Assembly (NCBI GenBank): GCA_964016885.1
Contig: OZ024741.1
Span: 387,376,001-387,440,000 of the forward strand
DNA length: 64,000 nt
Reading direction: 5' to 3'
DNA from: Eledone cirrhosa
Taxonomy: Eukaryota
The position numbers and the translations under genes are program-made. Numbering within the stretch: the stretch's first letter is position 1; every line of letters begins with the position of its first letter. Shown here piece by piece: positions 13,163 to 26,539 of the stretch. The notes below the pieces were generated by a model that was given only the letters and a program-made list of their open reading frames with translations, had not been told where the DNA came from and did not search any database.

Positions 13163-14571
13163 CTGAAAAGAAAAAAAAGGAAAAAAAGCTGAAGCTTTTG
13201 CCAGATAATTATACTTAAACTTAGCTGTATAAGGTGAAATATATGTTTGTACAGAGATAATGATCACTTGGATGTTAATTTATTGCATAAAATGTAAAAA
13301 CATAATAGAAATAGAATCACAAAAACCAATTAAACATGCAAAAATAGATTAAAATATTACTTTGGTCTGCTTAAAATGTTTTTAAAATTATACTGACAAA
13401 GTTGGGATATTAAAACTCATGTATGGTACCTCAAAGTATTAAAATCCATATTTGGCATTTACAATGAGCTCACTGAGCGAATGGAGTGACCTTTATAATG
13501 TCATTAGACCTGCTAAAAGTAGCAAAAAAAAGGAAAGGACACTGAATATTGTAGTTATATCACCATTTTGTGTCTCCTTTTCAAACTGGCAAGGATTAGA
13601 CAGGGTTGTCAGTCTGAATCAGCTCTTATTTGGAGTTATTGTCCCTCAAGACAGTTTAGGGAACCAAATTTCAGTATGGTTTTTATGGCTGGATGCCTTT
13701 CTTAACACCAACCACTTAAACAGAGTGTAATAGGTGCAGTTATTGTGACATTAGCACTAGAAAGGTTGTTGTGTCCTCAAAGACTCCATCCAGTAGTCAG
13801 CCACTTTATATCATCACCACCATTTAACATCTGTTTTCCCTGCTAGCAACAGTTGAATGGGTCTATACAGAAATGGGATTACTGATCTTTCAGACAGGCC
13901 AGGAATCTGCATCTAGCTTATGTACGGCCTCATGCTCTACCGAGTGCACAGGAAAGATTGGAGGTGCCACGGCAAAAAAGCACCCAGCACTCACTGTAAA
14001 TGAGGTTGGTGTTAGGATGGGCATCCAGCTGTAGAAATCAAGCCAGAATCAGTTCCCGTAAGAGCAAGACAAGGTCAGCCGACCGGACACTGCCCACAAC
14101 AGGACAACCTGTCTAACCCATGTTAGCGTGGAAGAACGGACGTAAAACGGTGATGATGATGACACAATTGAAGGGTCCTCCCAACACTTTGTTTGGCTGG
14201 ATGCCCTTCTTATCACCAACCACTTTACAGCGTGTACTGGGTGTTTTTATCGTGTAGATCACCAACACTAGATAGGTTGCCATACCGTGGCACAACTAAA
14301 AGGTTTACAGGGTGCATTTATTGTCACAGCAGCATTACAGAGGTTGTAAAATCCTCACTACCCAAAGTAGTCTCACTCAGTTCAATTGCCAGCCACTTTA
14401 CAGGATACATTATATTGTGGCATGAGTATTAGATAGACTAAAAGACTGGATGGTCCTAACAGGAGTACCTTCTATCATAGGTTTGCTCTATCAAGACTAA
14501 CTTGGGACTAAATAACATCCATGAGTTTATTTTATTTTTAAAATGAAAACCAGTAAAATTAAACTACTCAC

Positions 14572-14690
14572 CATGACATTGAAGCATACTCATGTTCTAT
14601 TTTCATCAGAAAACTATGTATACAGTTTTTTAAATCAGAAATCCTCTGTGTGATTGTATCTAAAGCAGCTTCTAACTGCTTTTCCTCACG
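14572..14690 (-). CDS. MED8: MED8 coding exon 2
   Basis: tttcatag|[39 protein letters not shown](W)|gtgagt, 119 nt. Colinear with human MED8 [40 protein letters not shown] (recalled sequence). Confidence 0.95.
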
Positions 14691-14744
14691 CTATGAAAAT
14701 CAAATAAAAAGAAAAAATATATTTAAGTATGTGAATTTCGTATC

Positions 14745-15042
14745 AGAAATGAGGCAAACATGCTCCGTTGGATGTGCAATGTCAATGTGCGTGAACAACC
14801 GAGCATGGATGTGTTGAGAGAGAAACTGTGGCTGAGTGGGATAGATTGTAGTGTGCGGGAGAGGAGACTGCAATGGTATGGACATGTGATGCACATGGAG
14901 GATGACCGATGGCTGAAGAAGTGCCAAGAAATGCCAGTTGAAGGAAGACGTAGTAGAGGAAGACCACGAAAAACATGGGCGGAGGTGGTGAGAGCAGACC
15001 TCAGATCGCTGAAGCTCACGGTGGAGATGATGAAGGACCGTG
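14745..15042 (+). mobile_element. RTE RT C-terminal fragment (third subfamily)
   Basis: MLRWMCNV...RRLQWYGHVMHM...RGRPRKTWAEVV. A related 3' end lies at 30395-30565. Confidence 0.8.
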
Positions 15043-15044
15043 AC

Positions 15045-15395
15045 AAGGCTTCCCTTCCCAGCGGGGACGGTAAAAGGTCAGACAGCATGACAATCTTCCT
15101 GTTCTGTGGGGGTAGGCCCCTCATCTGGATGTCACATGTTGTGACACCTTCCCTAGCGGTAACCTGGTGCATTCAGTTACCAGCCCAGGCTTTTCTGCCC
15201 GCAAAGCCAAACACTTCAAGTATTGACCGCTCTCTAATAGGTTTGTAGTTGAGCCAGTGACAGTGGAAACTTCCGGCATTCTTGGCCCCTGGACCACATC
15301 CCTTCTCACTGCATTTGCAGCAGCTGTTCTAGCACATCTCCCTCGCCATCCTCCAGGGCAATGTCATCTCCATCATGTCCCTTAACATAGGCTGA
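15045..15395 (+). mobile_element. CRE-clade non-LTR fragment (restriction-like endonuclease domain)
   Basis: Frameshifted GDGKRSDSMTIF..GGRPLIW.VTCCDT...KY...EPVTVETSGILGP...ISLAILQGN, matching the DGKRPDG..W D.TC.DT..KY..P.AVET.G..LS.A.QRGN pattern. A second piece lies at ~36560-36790. Confidence 0.7.
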
Positions 15396-16530
15396 ATTCA
15401 TCATCATCATCGTCGTTTTAACATCTGCTAGCAAGGGTGGGATGGGACTACATAGACCAAGTCAATACTGAAGTGGTGACTACTAATCTTCCGGAGAAGC
15501 CATCTATCTATAGTTTTGCTTAACATTGCCTTTCTCCCTTCCCCTAAACCTTTTCCATACTTCATTTTTTTCCCTCTTTCTTTTTGTTATTGCAAACATT
15601 ATATAACTGAATTGAAATTTGTCGAATAAATAAAACTATATATATAAAATTGATGTACTTCAATTCTATTTGAAACTTTAAAAAAGATTCGTAGCTTTAA
15701 TCTCAATATTTTAAATTTTAAAATATTGCAAGATCTTTAATTTCTATGTTGCAAGTTTAATTCTTCAATCATATTTCCATTCCATTCACATCTAGGATTA
15801 TTATTATTAGTCGAAGCTCTTTCTAAAGGGAGTTCTTACTACATTTTCTTTTAATTTACTATGTATAATAGAAACTATTGAACTAGGACGAATAACATAT
15901 ATTAAAAAGAGTGGAAACAAATGTTTTTAAAGGATTTTGTTGTGACTCATGGATACCGGGGTATATATTAAAGCAATGTATGATGAATATGTAGGCAAAC
16001 CTATTGAGTATTTATCAATTATAATAAACTTCCCTTGAAGAAAACGAAATCATCTCGTCCAACTTTCCGGAATCTTTGCACATATAGGTGTTAGGGTTCC
16101 TTCGTAGGTTCGTGCGTGTGTTTATATAGCTTCCGATACTCCTTATGGTGTGACAAATTGACGCACTTAATAATGAATTGATGTTTTTGTTTTCAGTTTG
16201 ATTGTATATTTATATATTTATAAGGTTCCATGAATTCTATTTTTATGTGAAATATCATGATTATAATATATTTACTTTCGTTTTGATTATATATTTTAAT
16301 GTGGAATATTTATGTAATTAAGTATTATATATATCAAAAGAAACAAATTATATGCAGAGCCTGAGAAATGAATCCGGTGAATTAGTCGAGATACTGTCAT
16401 TTTCTTCGAAGGAGATATATTATGAATGATATCCCAGATGTTAGGTAACCGAGGGAATGAAAATGATATAAAAATTAGGAATTTGGCCGATTTGGGATAA
16501 AGTAATTAAATGAATAATGTGATAATTTAC

Positions 16531-16536
16531 CTGCAT
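16531..16536 (-). CDS. MED8: MED8 coding exon 1 (Met-Gln)
   Basis: - strand ATGCAG|gtaaat. It supplies the MQ that precedes REEKQLE in MED8 proteins and joins the next exon in phase 0. Confidence 0.8.
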
Positions 16537-16836
16537 AGTCGTGTTGTAAATATGACCAATTTGAAAATGTTATTACTTCCGGTATGTCTGAGAGAGGAGA
16601 ATTCAGCGGATGTTGTTACTTCCGGTATGTGTGTGTGTGTGTGTGAGAGAGAGGAGAGTTCAGCGGATGTTGTTACTGTCATCACATGATTGACAAAATG
16701 GATGTCGTCTTAGACGATTCGATGGGTTGAGATAACATAAGAATTATTTATAATTACCTGGGCACAACTTAGTGTCTCCAGTGAAATTCAACAAGATAAA
16801 AAATACAAATAATTAAACGCACACAAACTTGTTACA
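16537..16836. promoter_or_regulatory. bidirectional promoter and 5' UTRs shared by MED8 and SZT2
   Basis: 300 nt between divergent ATGs. Two ETS-type ACTTCCGG sites (16575-16582, 16618-16625) inside a locally duplicated unit, an M-box/E-box TCACATGA (16682-16689) and a YY1-like CAAAATGG near 16694. Confidence 0.7.
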
Positions 16837-16878
16837 ATGGATGAAACAGACGAAGCTAAAAGCTTTAACGGAGATCAA
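16837..16878 (+). CDS. SZT2: SZT2 (KICSTOR subunit) coding exon 1
   Basis: ATG...MDETDEAKSFNGDQ|gtaaca, phase 0. Short acidic first exon divergent from MED8 and in frame with the exon at 31578. Supported by position, not by homology. Confidence 0.65.
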
Positions 16879-19800
16879 GTAACAATGTTTTTCTTTTCTT
16901 CTCTCTTATATTTGAACAACTGTTTATTTCGTTACGTTCCTCCGCAGAAGATTACAAGCATGCTGTTACAAGTCTGCTATGTTGTTTATTTGACTTTCGT
17001 AAACAAAATAGTTATTTACTTTGTCTTGCAACAGAAATTAAACTAGAAGCTTGTGAATACGCTCTATTTTCATTCAACGTGTTTACGGTATTTTAAACAG
17101 TCTTACACACAAACATCTATCTATATATGTATATATATATGTGTGTGCGCGCAAGAATGTGTTTAAAATATCGTAGGATTTAAAACATTAAATGAATGAG
17201 CACTCAATACTTGTGGGTAGAGTATAAATTTTATTGTCTAAGTAGAAAGGTAGCAGTGATTCCGAAGTATGTATATACAAAAAAACAAGTAATTAAAAAA
17301 AAAATCAAGTTTCATTAGTTTTCTATTTAATTTGGGTTAGGTTGATTTGAGTACATTAAGCATTTAATTTAATTAATACAGGCTACCTACATGCTTGTAA
17401 TTGTCTCAGTGAAATGAAGGAAGGCGTCCTCTCTGGTGTAATTACGAAGAACAAATATAGTCGGGTTTGCCAGGTGCATAGTTGATGGCAGGATTGAGAC
17501 TAAGAAGGTGTCTCTGACTACATATGTATAAAATAGCAAAGTTATACACGAGAATAATACTTGACGGGTAGCATGATATATTTGGGCACTTATTGGACAC
17601 GGGTTCAATCCCCTATCACGCTGACCTTTTTAAATTCCATGTTTGTTTATATACGTTTTCATTTAATATCTACCTTAAACAGCGACCCTACATAACAACA
17701 CAAGTAGTAACATCCAACTTATGAACCTCTACGTGGCCGTTTGATCTGTTAGAAATAGCTGTTGAATCTTTGTCAAATTTAGTTTAGGTCTTAACGTTTT
17801 GTAAAAGGTGCAATTACTGCTTTTATCATAAGTTTGCTTAGCCGTAAGCTGATAACCTAGGGCTAAATAGTAACACTAATACTATCTAGCACTGTCATTT
17901 CCATTTAAATTCTTAACTAGGAAGTTATATGGAGAACATCGATTAATTCGTTTACCACATCATTCTATAAAATAACATTGACGCTGGTTATTATTCTGTA
18001 GATCAACTGAAAAGGATTTCATTATGAAACCAATCTTGTTTATATAAGTTTAGCAAAAGTACAAGACACGAACATTTTTACGCGCACACAAAACTATGCA
18101 ACTATTACTGTTGTCTGCTCATTGTCATTAGGGGAAGGAGTAAAACATTGTTTTATTGACAACAAAACAAAAAAAAAAAACGGACAAAAACCCTCATTAT
18201 TATTTAACTCTTGAGATCATAGTAAACTTCTTCATTGAATAAAATAAAAATTAAAATAATGTATAAATTACGATAAACCTCGTGGTAATGGTAGTTCCTC
18301 ATGCTAGTACTTTCATTATAACTACGTTTCGTCGTGTCAATACTGCCAACACACGGACGTACAAAGTTTACGTTCCTGAGGTCACTGCTCCCAACCCCTA
18401 CAATAAATCCTCTCTTAGGTTGTTGAATGGTTTTTTCTTCTTTTTCTTTTCTCTTTTTCTTTTTCTTCTTGCTACACTATCAAGTAACGTTGCTCCCAAG
18501 ACCTTTCGGGGGAACCCCATTTAGGCCACTTGTATTCGCGATCGTATTTCATAGCGGTGGTAATCAGCTAAAACCTAGGACGTAATCAGCTAAACCTGAT
18601 AGGGTATGGTATTTCAGGACCCTTCCCCCACAACCCTCTCAGAAATAAGTGGGCAAAGAAGAAGATAGCAAACCATCTGAAACTACCCTTGGTTTCATAG
18701 TGTAATGCTGCTTATTTTATTTATTTAAAAACATGAATTTACCTAAAAGCGTTATTATTGAAACATGAGTTTATTGATTTATTTATTTAAGCAATTTAAA
18801 CGTCCGTCTAGCGCTAGTAAGCCATGACAGACGAGGGAAAGTATCTAGTACTTCTTACAGTTTAGAAACAAAAAGCCACAAACAGAGATAAGTGAAAATA
18901 AAAATGAAAACAAAAAATATGGAAGGCCAACAGGAGGAAAAATAAGCATAAAAGAAAGAAAAAAATGGAAAGCAAGGAAGTTGTAAAGCAGCTACAAGTT
19001 TCTGTTGAATCTTTTCCTAAGCTTCTTGTATTCAAAGATTTTGTATGTAGTTGGTGGATCTTTTACAATATGTTGTAGCTTAATAATGAGAAGGTTAGTT
19101 ATTTCTGAAATTCCTCCAAATTATTATAAAAATTATTATTTTAAAAATGATTTGAAAATTATAGTCAGTGTATTTTATTAGAAATATGATAATAATAGAG
19201 CATAGAGTTCGATCAACAAGATCTCAGACCTCATTCACTTACCAGCTTGAGTGGAAATCAACAAATCAGACCAAGGAAACAATGTTTCCATTGGTCATTC
19301 CATTGCTGATACTATCTACCAGTTGAAACTCCTGGCAGATAATAAAAGGGTTAAAGAATTTGACAAATATAGCTTATACTAATTTGTATGTATGCACCTG
19401 TACACACTAAGCATATAGAAAAAGTATATTAACATGCCTCTAAAAGCAATGCTTGGCAGTTAATCAAATATATGTTATCTTGATTTTTGTAGTCTAAATT
19501 TATCAGTCTTAGTTTTAGCTTTTTATCTTCTTATAAAATGTGCCTACAGCTAAGTAAAAGATATATAATGTAATTAAAATTTCATACACTTAACATGTAT
19601 GTATGACCTTATGGCCACAACTGTATAGTGGGGGTGCCATTTGAACTGGCTTCTCGGGCCCCAAGACAAAATTACCATATATATATCATCATAACTGTTT
19701 AATGTCTATTTTCCATGCCTGCATGGGTTAGATAAGGTTGTCATGCACTGAAGCTAGGCTGCTCAGGTGACCACACCACGTTTAGCTCATACATACATAC

Positions 19801-20206
19801 ATTTAAAAAAATTTTAACAGTTGGATGTTCTTTCTAATGCCAACTACATTACAGCCTGTACTGGGAATATTTTATCATGATGCCAGCATTACCATTTACG
19901 AGGTTCAACTGGGAGTATGTTGTGGCACCAACACTTCCCAGAGTGGATTGGGTACATTTTATCATGGAATCAGCACTACCCCATTATAACACTAGGATGT
20001 GTCTTCAGCTAGGCTGGAAAGGTATTGATGGAAATGGGGAGGGGGAGGCAGTCATAGGAGTGGGGATATAAGATGAGAGTCAAGGCAGAGTTCTAATCAT
20101 CAGCAACAAATAAATAATATATATATTTCAGAAGAGTTTCAGAAGATCCCGTTAAGTGTGAAAGCAGCGATTCTTTGCTTAAACTTTAATCTGTTATTTT
20201 AATAAA

Positions 20207-22062
20207 TCATCATCACCATCTTCCATCTTCATTTAACATCCATCTTCCACGCTAGCATGGGTTAGACGGGAGTTGTCCCACTTGAGGCAAAGTTGGTCGG
20301 GTGACCGTGTCTCACTCATATAGGACTATCTGGCTGGTTTTCTACGGCTGGATGCCCTTCCTAACACCAACCACATTTACAGTGTGGAACTGGGAACCTT
20401 TTACCGTGTTACCTACACGGCCACATTACAGCGTGGACTGTGTTTTTTTTTTTTTGTCGTGACACCTACACGATCTCGATCATCTCATTTATTTGGACTG
20501 GATGTTGTGGTACCAACTTTACAGAGAGAGGGTGGTGTTGGTGGGAGTGGGAGGATGGGGTAGTGGATTGGGGTGAATATTTGGTTAAGAGGTGCCTACT
20601 AACTGTAGGTTTCGCTTTGTACATAGGCAAGGTGGGTCTTCTGTATTACTGTGTAAGGTCGGAATTTATCAAATTGTCCCAGTTTTTTCTGGGTCTACCT
20701 ACTCCGTAGGGCGCTAAGAACAGAGCCTTGATGAACACCAACTTTTACGCTAAATTCTTCACTATATTCATTGTTAATTCTAACCTTGCTGATTGTTTCT
20801 TTATACGTGGCTTGTATAGCTCTCACAAGCCATTCATCTACACCTAGTTTTCTAAGAACCCACCAGATAATGGCGCGGGGTACTCTGTCAAAGCCTTTCT
20901 CCACGTCAACAAAAGCTAAGTATAGGGGTTTACTTTTAGATAGGTACTTCTGTTGTTGTCATACAAGGAAAAGAGCGTCTGTGGTACTTTTACCTAACAC
21001 AAACCCAAATTGCATTTCATCTAGATCAATTCGCTCTCTGATTAGTTGTACTATAACTCTTTCTGTGACCTTCATGACCTGGTCAACTAACTTAATGCCT
21101 CTATAGTTTCCCCTATCTAGAGCATCTCCTTTACCCTTGTAGCAGTTAACGATGATGCTGCTACGCCAGTCTTTTGGTATGACCCCATTCTGTATTACTT
21201 GGTTTACTATACGGGTGACCGTAGTATGTCCCACCATTCCAGATGCCTTCAACATCTCAGCAACTATCTCCGAAGGCCCAGCTGCCTTGCCTGTCTTCAT
21301 ATCTTTGATTGCCTTACTTATTATACTACCTTTAACTTGCACTGCTGGACCTTCTTTTGGATCGATTTGGGGCAGACTATCTTTTTCCCATTTATTCTCC
21401 TCATTTAATAGTCTCTCATAGTGACACTTCCAAGCTATCTTCTTATCAGTGAGGGCAAGTACACCATTATCATTATGGACACACTTGTTCCCGACAATAT
21501 CACGGTTTTCCTTGACACATTGTCTAGCAATCCTGAACACCTCACGTTTTTGGTCCTCACGTTGTAGAACATGCTTGAACTTTCTATCCTCTGCTTCCTT
21601 TTTTGCAAGGTGCACTTGTCTCTTAGCCTGTCTCCTCCACCTTACTGTTCCACCACCAAGTTACTCTCCTCCTGCCAGTAGGTCTGCTGCAGCCACAGAT
21701 TTCAGCAGGTTTACTTTCAAGAATTGCCACTGTTCCTCTATATTGCACGTCTCTAATTGCTCTTCCTCATTGTCAAAGGCATCAAGTAATAAGCTTTTAA
21801 ATTTGTCAATTCCATATTCTTCTCCTCAAGGTAGTCCTCCTCTGTCGTCGAGTACGTCTATTCCTGACTGTGAGGTCACTAACTACTAGGCTATGTTGGG
21901 AGGTGGATTCTTCACGGGGGAGGGACTTAGTGTTTACAACAGACACTTTGTCCCGTCTTCTAGTAAGGATATAATCTATCTGGCTGGCGTGCTTCCCTGA
22001 TCTATAGGTGATCAAGTGGTTTTCTCGTTGTTTGAAGTTTGTGTTACAGATAGTTCGGTTAA
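20207..22062 (-). mobile_element. internally deleted RTE LINE
   Basis: Endonuclease remnant (ICNTNFK...SQIDYIL), RT N-terminal part ([20 protein letters not shown]) joined directly to the GRPRKTWD C-terminus at ~20705, then 3' UTR and tail. Confidence 0.88.
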
Positions 22063-22699
22063 CGCCCTCTGGTGATGTCCAGCAGAAGCAAGGGGGACAA
22101 TCATCTATGCATTTCAGGCTTAACTGGCCTCTCACCGCTTGCGACTGCTGGACTAGAAGACAGCCAGAAATACGAAATTTCTATACACATTGTGAGTTCA
22201 ATTCTCGGACCGGGTGATGTGTTGTTTCCTTGAGCAACCACTTTATTTCACATTCCTCCAGTTTACTCAGCTGTAGAAATGAGATGATAGGACTGGGGTC
22301 CCTATCATTCCACTGTAAAGTGGACGTGGAGGTGCCACGGCAAAAACCACCCAGCACTCACTGTAAATGAGGTTGGTGTTAGGAAGGGCATCCAGCTGTA
22401 GAAATAAAGCCAGAATCTGTTCCCGTATGAGCACGACAAGGTCAGCCGACTGGACACTGCCCACAACAGGACAACCCATCTAACCCATGCTAGCGTGGAA
22501 GAATGGACGTAAACGGTGATGATTGTATAAAGCTATGCTTGAAGCGAAATCTTATTTCTTTTCTATTATAAGTTGAGCCAACTTATGCAGCTTCATATGC
22601 AAATGAGATGAATCACCTCATTGTCTTGTGTTCTACTGAGTACACCAGCATGAGAAGTCATGTCTTTGACACAACTGAAGAGTCCTCTCGGCCCTTTGT

Positions 22700-25600
22700 T
22701 TTGCAAACTTTCCATGGCTGCATGCCCTTCTTATTACCAACCACATTACAACATGTGTTGGGTGTGTTTATCGTGTAGATCACCAACACTAGATTGTCAT
22801 GTTGTGACACAATTGAAAGGACCTCTCAAATCTTCTTAGGCATGGTCTCTGTAGCGGGTGCTTTCCTGTCGCCAACCACTTTACAGGGTGTATGCATTTT
22901 CGTGGAACCAATGCTAGTGTGGTTGTTGGTCCCTGTCCCAATAGAAGACTCTGCTCTGCTAGGGGTTTGGGTGGGAAGGGGTAGAAGAGAGATAAGTATG
23001 AAGTTATGGCACATGGTTGGATTTGACAGGGTGATGAGTGGGGAAAGGGTGACTTTGGATAGCACAAGAGGGAGGGCGATACGGTGGTGAGAACATAGAA
23101 GCAGAGGTAGAGTGGTGGTGGTGGGGCATGGATGGTTTGATCAAAAGCATGGGATGGGGTGGTGGGTGGGATGAATGACACTCACAAGTGTTGGGAAGGG
23201 GAAGTGTAGTGATGGAAAGAATAGCTAAAGAATGATAGTGGAGAAGGCATGGGTGGGGTGCATAGGGATGGAGAGTGTGGCTTGTTCGGATACAATAGTG
23301 AGGGTATCTAGAGTAGGCACGTCAAACTGAGGGTCTCACGAGGGCTACATGGGTCACATGTGTTGTCTGAGGACTGCACATGACAACTAATTGCGCACAT
23401 TACAATTAATATTTTTTATCTTATATTACGCTCACGCTGTAAAAACCTTTGTGTGAGCTGCAGGTGTGCTTGTAAAGGGCCACATGTTTGACATGATCTA
23501 GAGGCTTTAGAGAGGGAAGCAGCTGGAGGGACAATGGATGGAATTTGGGTGTGCAGTGGGGATAGCTGCTAGGGAGTGCTAGTGAAAGGGGAGACAGAGA
23601 GATGTCAGATAATATTGTATGCTGTTGGCCAGATCTCAATCAGTACAGCATAGTGCCACCCCCTATACGGCCCTTTGTCATCTCTGTTATGTGGTTTAGT
23701 TTTTTATGGTTGGTCTTCAGAACCTCATCCCAAGTTTGCCTCTTCCACTCTTCCCACCCACTTTGATTCTCTGCATTTTTTTATGCAGCTGCTATCTTCC
23801 ATACACATCACATCCATACCAATGCAGTCTTCTCTCTTACACACTACATCCAATTCCTCTCATGCCAAGTTTTTTCCTCAGTTTGCTTATGTTATGTCGT
23901 TCATGCACACTAACATAACACATCCTTCAGAGCATATTCGATTCATTTCTTTCTAGTTTCTACAGATCTTCTGTGGTCAACACCTACATTTCACTGTCAT
24001 GTAGCATTACAGTTCGCACACAGGCATCATACAGTTTATCCTTCCCTCTGAAAAAAAGCCCTTTGTTCTCAGCAGAGGTTACAGCTCTCTAAACTTCTTC
24101 CAGCTTGTTCTTATTCTATCACACTTTTAGAGCATTCTCTCCCACTGTTAATTTGATCACCTAGGTAACAAAAGCTGTCGACAACTTTTAAGGAGCCTCC
24201 CTGGCAACTGAAGGAATCTATCTCACATGTGATTTTTTTTGCTTATTTTTCCTGTGCATCAGCCGCATACAAAGTTCATGTTTTCCATTAGCCTGCTTGC
24301 AACCCCACTACATCTCTTGTGCATCCATAAATTACATTGTATGCACCTTATAGAATTTCTGTCTACTCCTTTCTGACATATTGATCAAGGCCACTTCCCT
24401 GATAGTATCACCCTCCTCTTTCATCTTTACTAAGTTTACTTTTAGGTTTTTCAACTCTATGTTTTTCTCCCATGCTTGAAATTTGCCTCTGACTCTTCTT
24501 TGGATTCAGCTATAAGGATATAAGCATATAAGAGTTCCCATGGAGTGTCAGTTTTAAACTCCTCAATGATGGCTTGAAGGACAATGATTAACAGGAGTTG
24601 ACTGAGGACTGAGCCCTCGTGGACCCTCACCTGCTCTTCAAATTCATCACTATACTCATTGCCAACACTCACTCTGTTGGGTGCTCCTCTATACCTGGCC
24701 TGCATGGCCCTCACAAGTGATTCATCTACACCTTAGCTTCCTAAGTGTCTACCAGATTATAGAACGTGAGACCTTGCCAAAGGCTTTCTCCAGATTTACA
24801 AATGCTACATACAGTGGCTTACTCTTAGCTAGGGATCTCTCCTGTAGTTGTCTTGCCAGAAAGAGGGCATCGGTAGTGTACCCCTACCTGGCATAAATCC
24901 AAACTGCATCTCATCTAAACGAATCTATCCCTAATCAGTTGTGCTATAACCCTTTCAGTAACTGGTCCATCAGCTTGATACCTCTGCCTTCCTTACCTTC
25001 ATGTCCTTAATTGTTTTATCTATCACACTGCTGTCAACTTTTATGGCTGGTCCATCAGTTGAGTCTACATTGGGTAGGTCCTTACCGAGCTATTATTTTC
25101 CTCATTCAGCAGCCTCTCATAGTAAGTCTTCCATCCATCTTTCTTTACAGCATCAGACATGGCTAGTGCTCCACTATCATTTTGGATACACTTTTTTCCA
25201 ACCATATCATAATTTTTTTCTAGCACACTGCCTTGTAATCCAGAATGCTTCACACCTCTGATCTTTATGTTGCAGAATATGTGCAAACTTCTTCTTTTCT
25301 GCCTCTCCCCTCACTAGAAATACTTGGTGCCTGACCTCTCTTCTAGCTATCTGTTTTGCTTTCTGTCTCCTCCATTCCTCCAGTCTAAGCTTGTATTTTT
25401 GTTTTAAAAGCTCTTTCTACCTTATTCCACCTCCATGTCACCCTCCATCTTGGTAGAACCTTGCTCCAGCCACAGACCTTTACTGTCATAGGTGCCAAGT
25501 AGGATTTCTCTGAATTTGTTACTTATTGAGGTTTCTCTCAGCTTTCATGTCTTCCTTCTCCAGACTGGTTTTAGTCCCTTTGACCTCCTAGTCTTTACTC

Positions 25601-26190
25601 TAAGATCACTGATAACTGATCTATGTTTGGAGGTCCACTCCTCCCAAGGAAAGGACTTGGCATTCACAACCATTTGCTTTTCTCATTTCCTGGTGAGAAT
25701 GAAGTCTATTTGGCTTGTGTGTCCTCCTGATTGGTAAGTGATTAGGTAGCTGACAGGTTTTCTAAAGTTTGTGATGCAGATGGTTAGATTGAGAGCAGAA
25801 CTCCGGAGGCCTAAACCCCTCCTCGTTTCTTGTACTGTAACCGTAGCCTCCATGTATACCAGGAAATCCATCATGATGTTTCTTAATATCTCTATTGAAG
25901 TTGTCAGTTGTGATAATGAGATCACAATCATTTATCATTGAGGTAGTCTGTAGGAGGATCTCATAGAAGTGGTCTTTCTGCTTGTTTGAAAGTCCAGCTT
26001 GTGGGGCATATGTGGATAGTACAGTGGCTGTTGTATTGCCCAAAGCTCACCATAATTTAATTATTCTATCACATACTCTGACTTCCTCAATTATCTGGTC
26101 TACCCATCTTTCAGTTAGGAGTATACCTATCTCACCTGCCCCATTTTTGCTACCCACCCAGAAGAATTTGTACCAGTGTTCCTTGCCTGT
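22700..26190 (-). mobile_element. older, degenerate near full-length RTE LINE
   Basis: Ordered frameshifted fragments: KFFWVG/YAPQAG/SQIDFIL (endonuclease), VHEGSVLS/PWELLYA (RT), C-terminus and a long 3' UTR. Confidence 0.85.
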
Positions 26191-26503
26191 GATGATATAT
26201 GTGAATATATATATATATAATATATCAGTCATCATCATCGTTTTATGTCCACTTTTCCATGCTAGGTTAGATGGAATGTTTGAGAATGTTTTACAGATAG
26301 ATGTCTTTCCTGATGTCAACCCTTTTAGTCACCCCTTACAGTACATATATAGTGTTCCTATTCTAAAAACGGGGATATATTTGTATTTGTGTGTGTGTGT
26401 GTATATATATATGTATGTAAAAGGTAAACAGAAATAACAACACAATTGGTACAGTATATGGAAGGGATATATTAGGTTAACGCTTGATATAGCAGGAAAA
26501 GGG

Positions 26504-26539
26504 TCTTAATGTTTCGGACGCTAGTCCTTCATCAGAAGA
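26504..26539 (-). ncRNA. minimal hammerhead motif of the Penelope-like type
   Basis: TCTT-CTGATGA-A-GGAC-TAGC-GTCC-GAAA-CATT-AAGA, with stem III essentially absent. Degenerate copies lie at 43966-44001(+) and 44444-44480(-) within the same repeat family. Confidence 0.55.
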
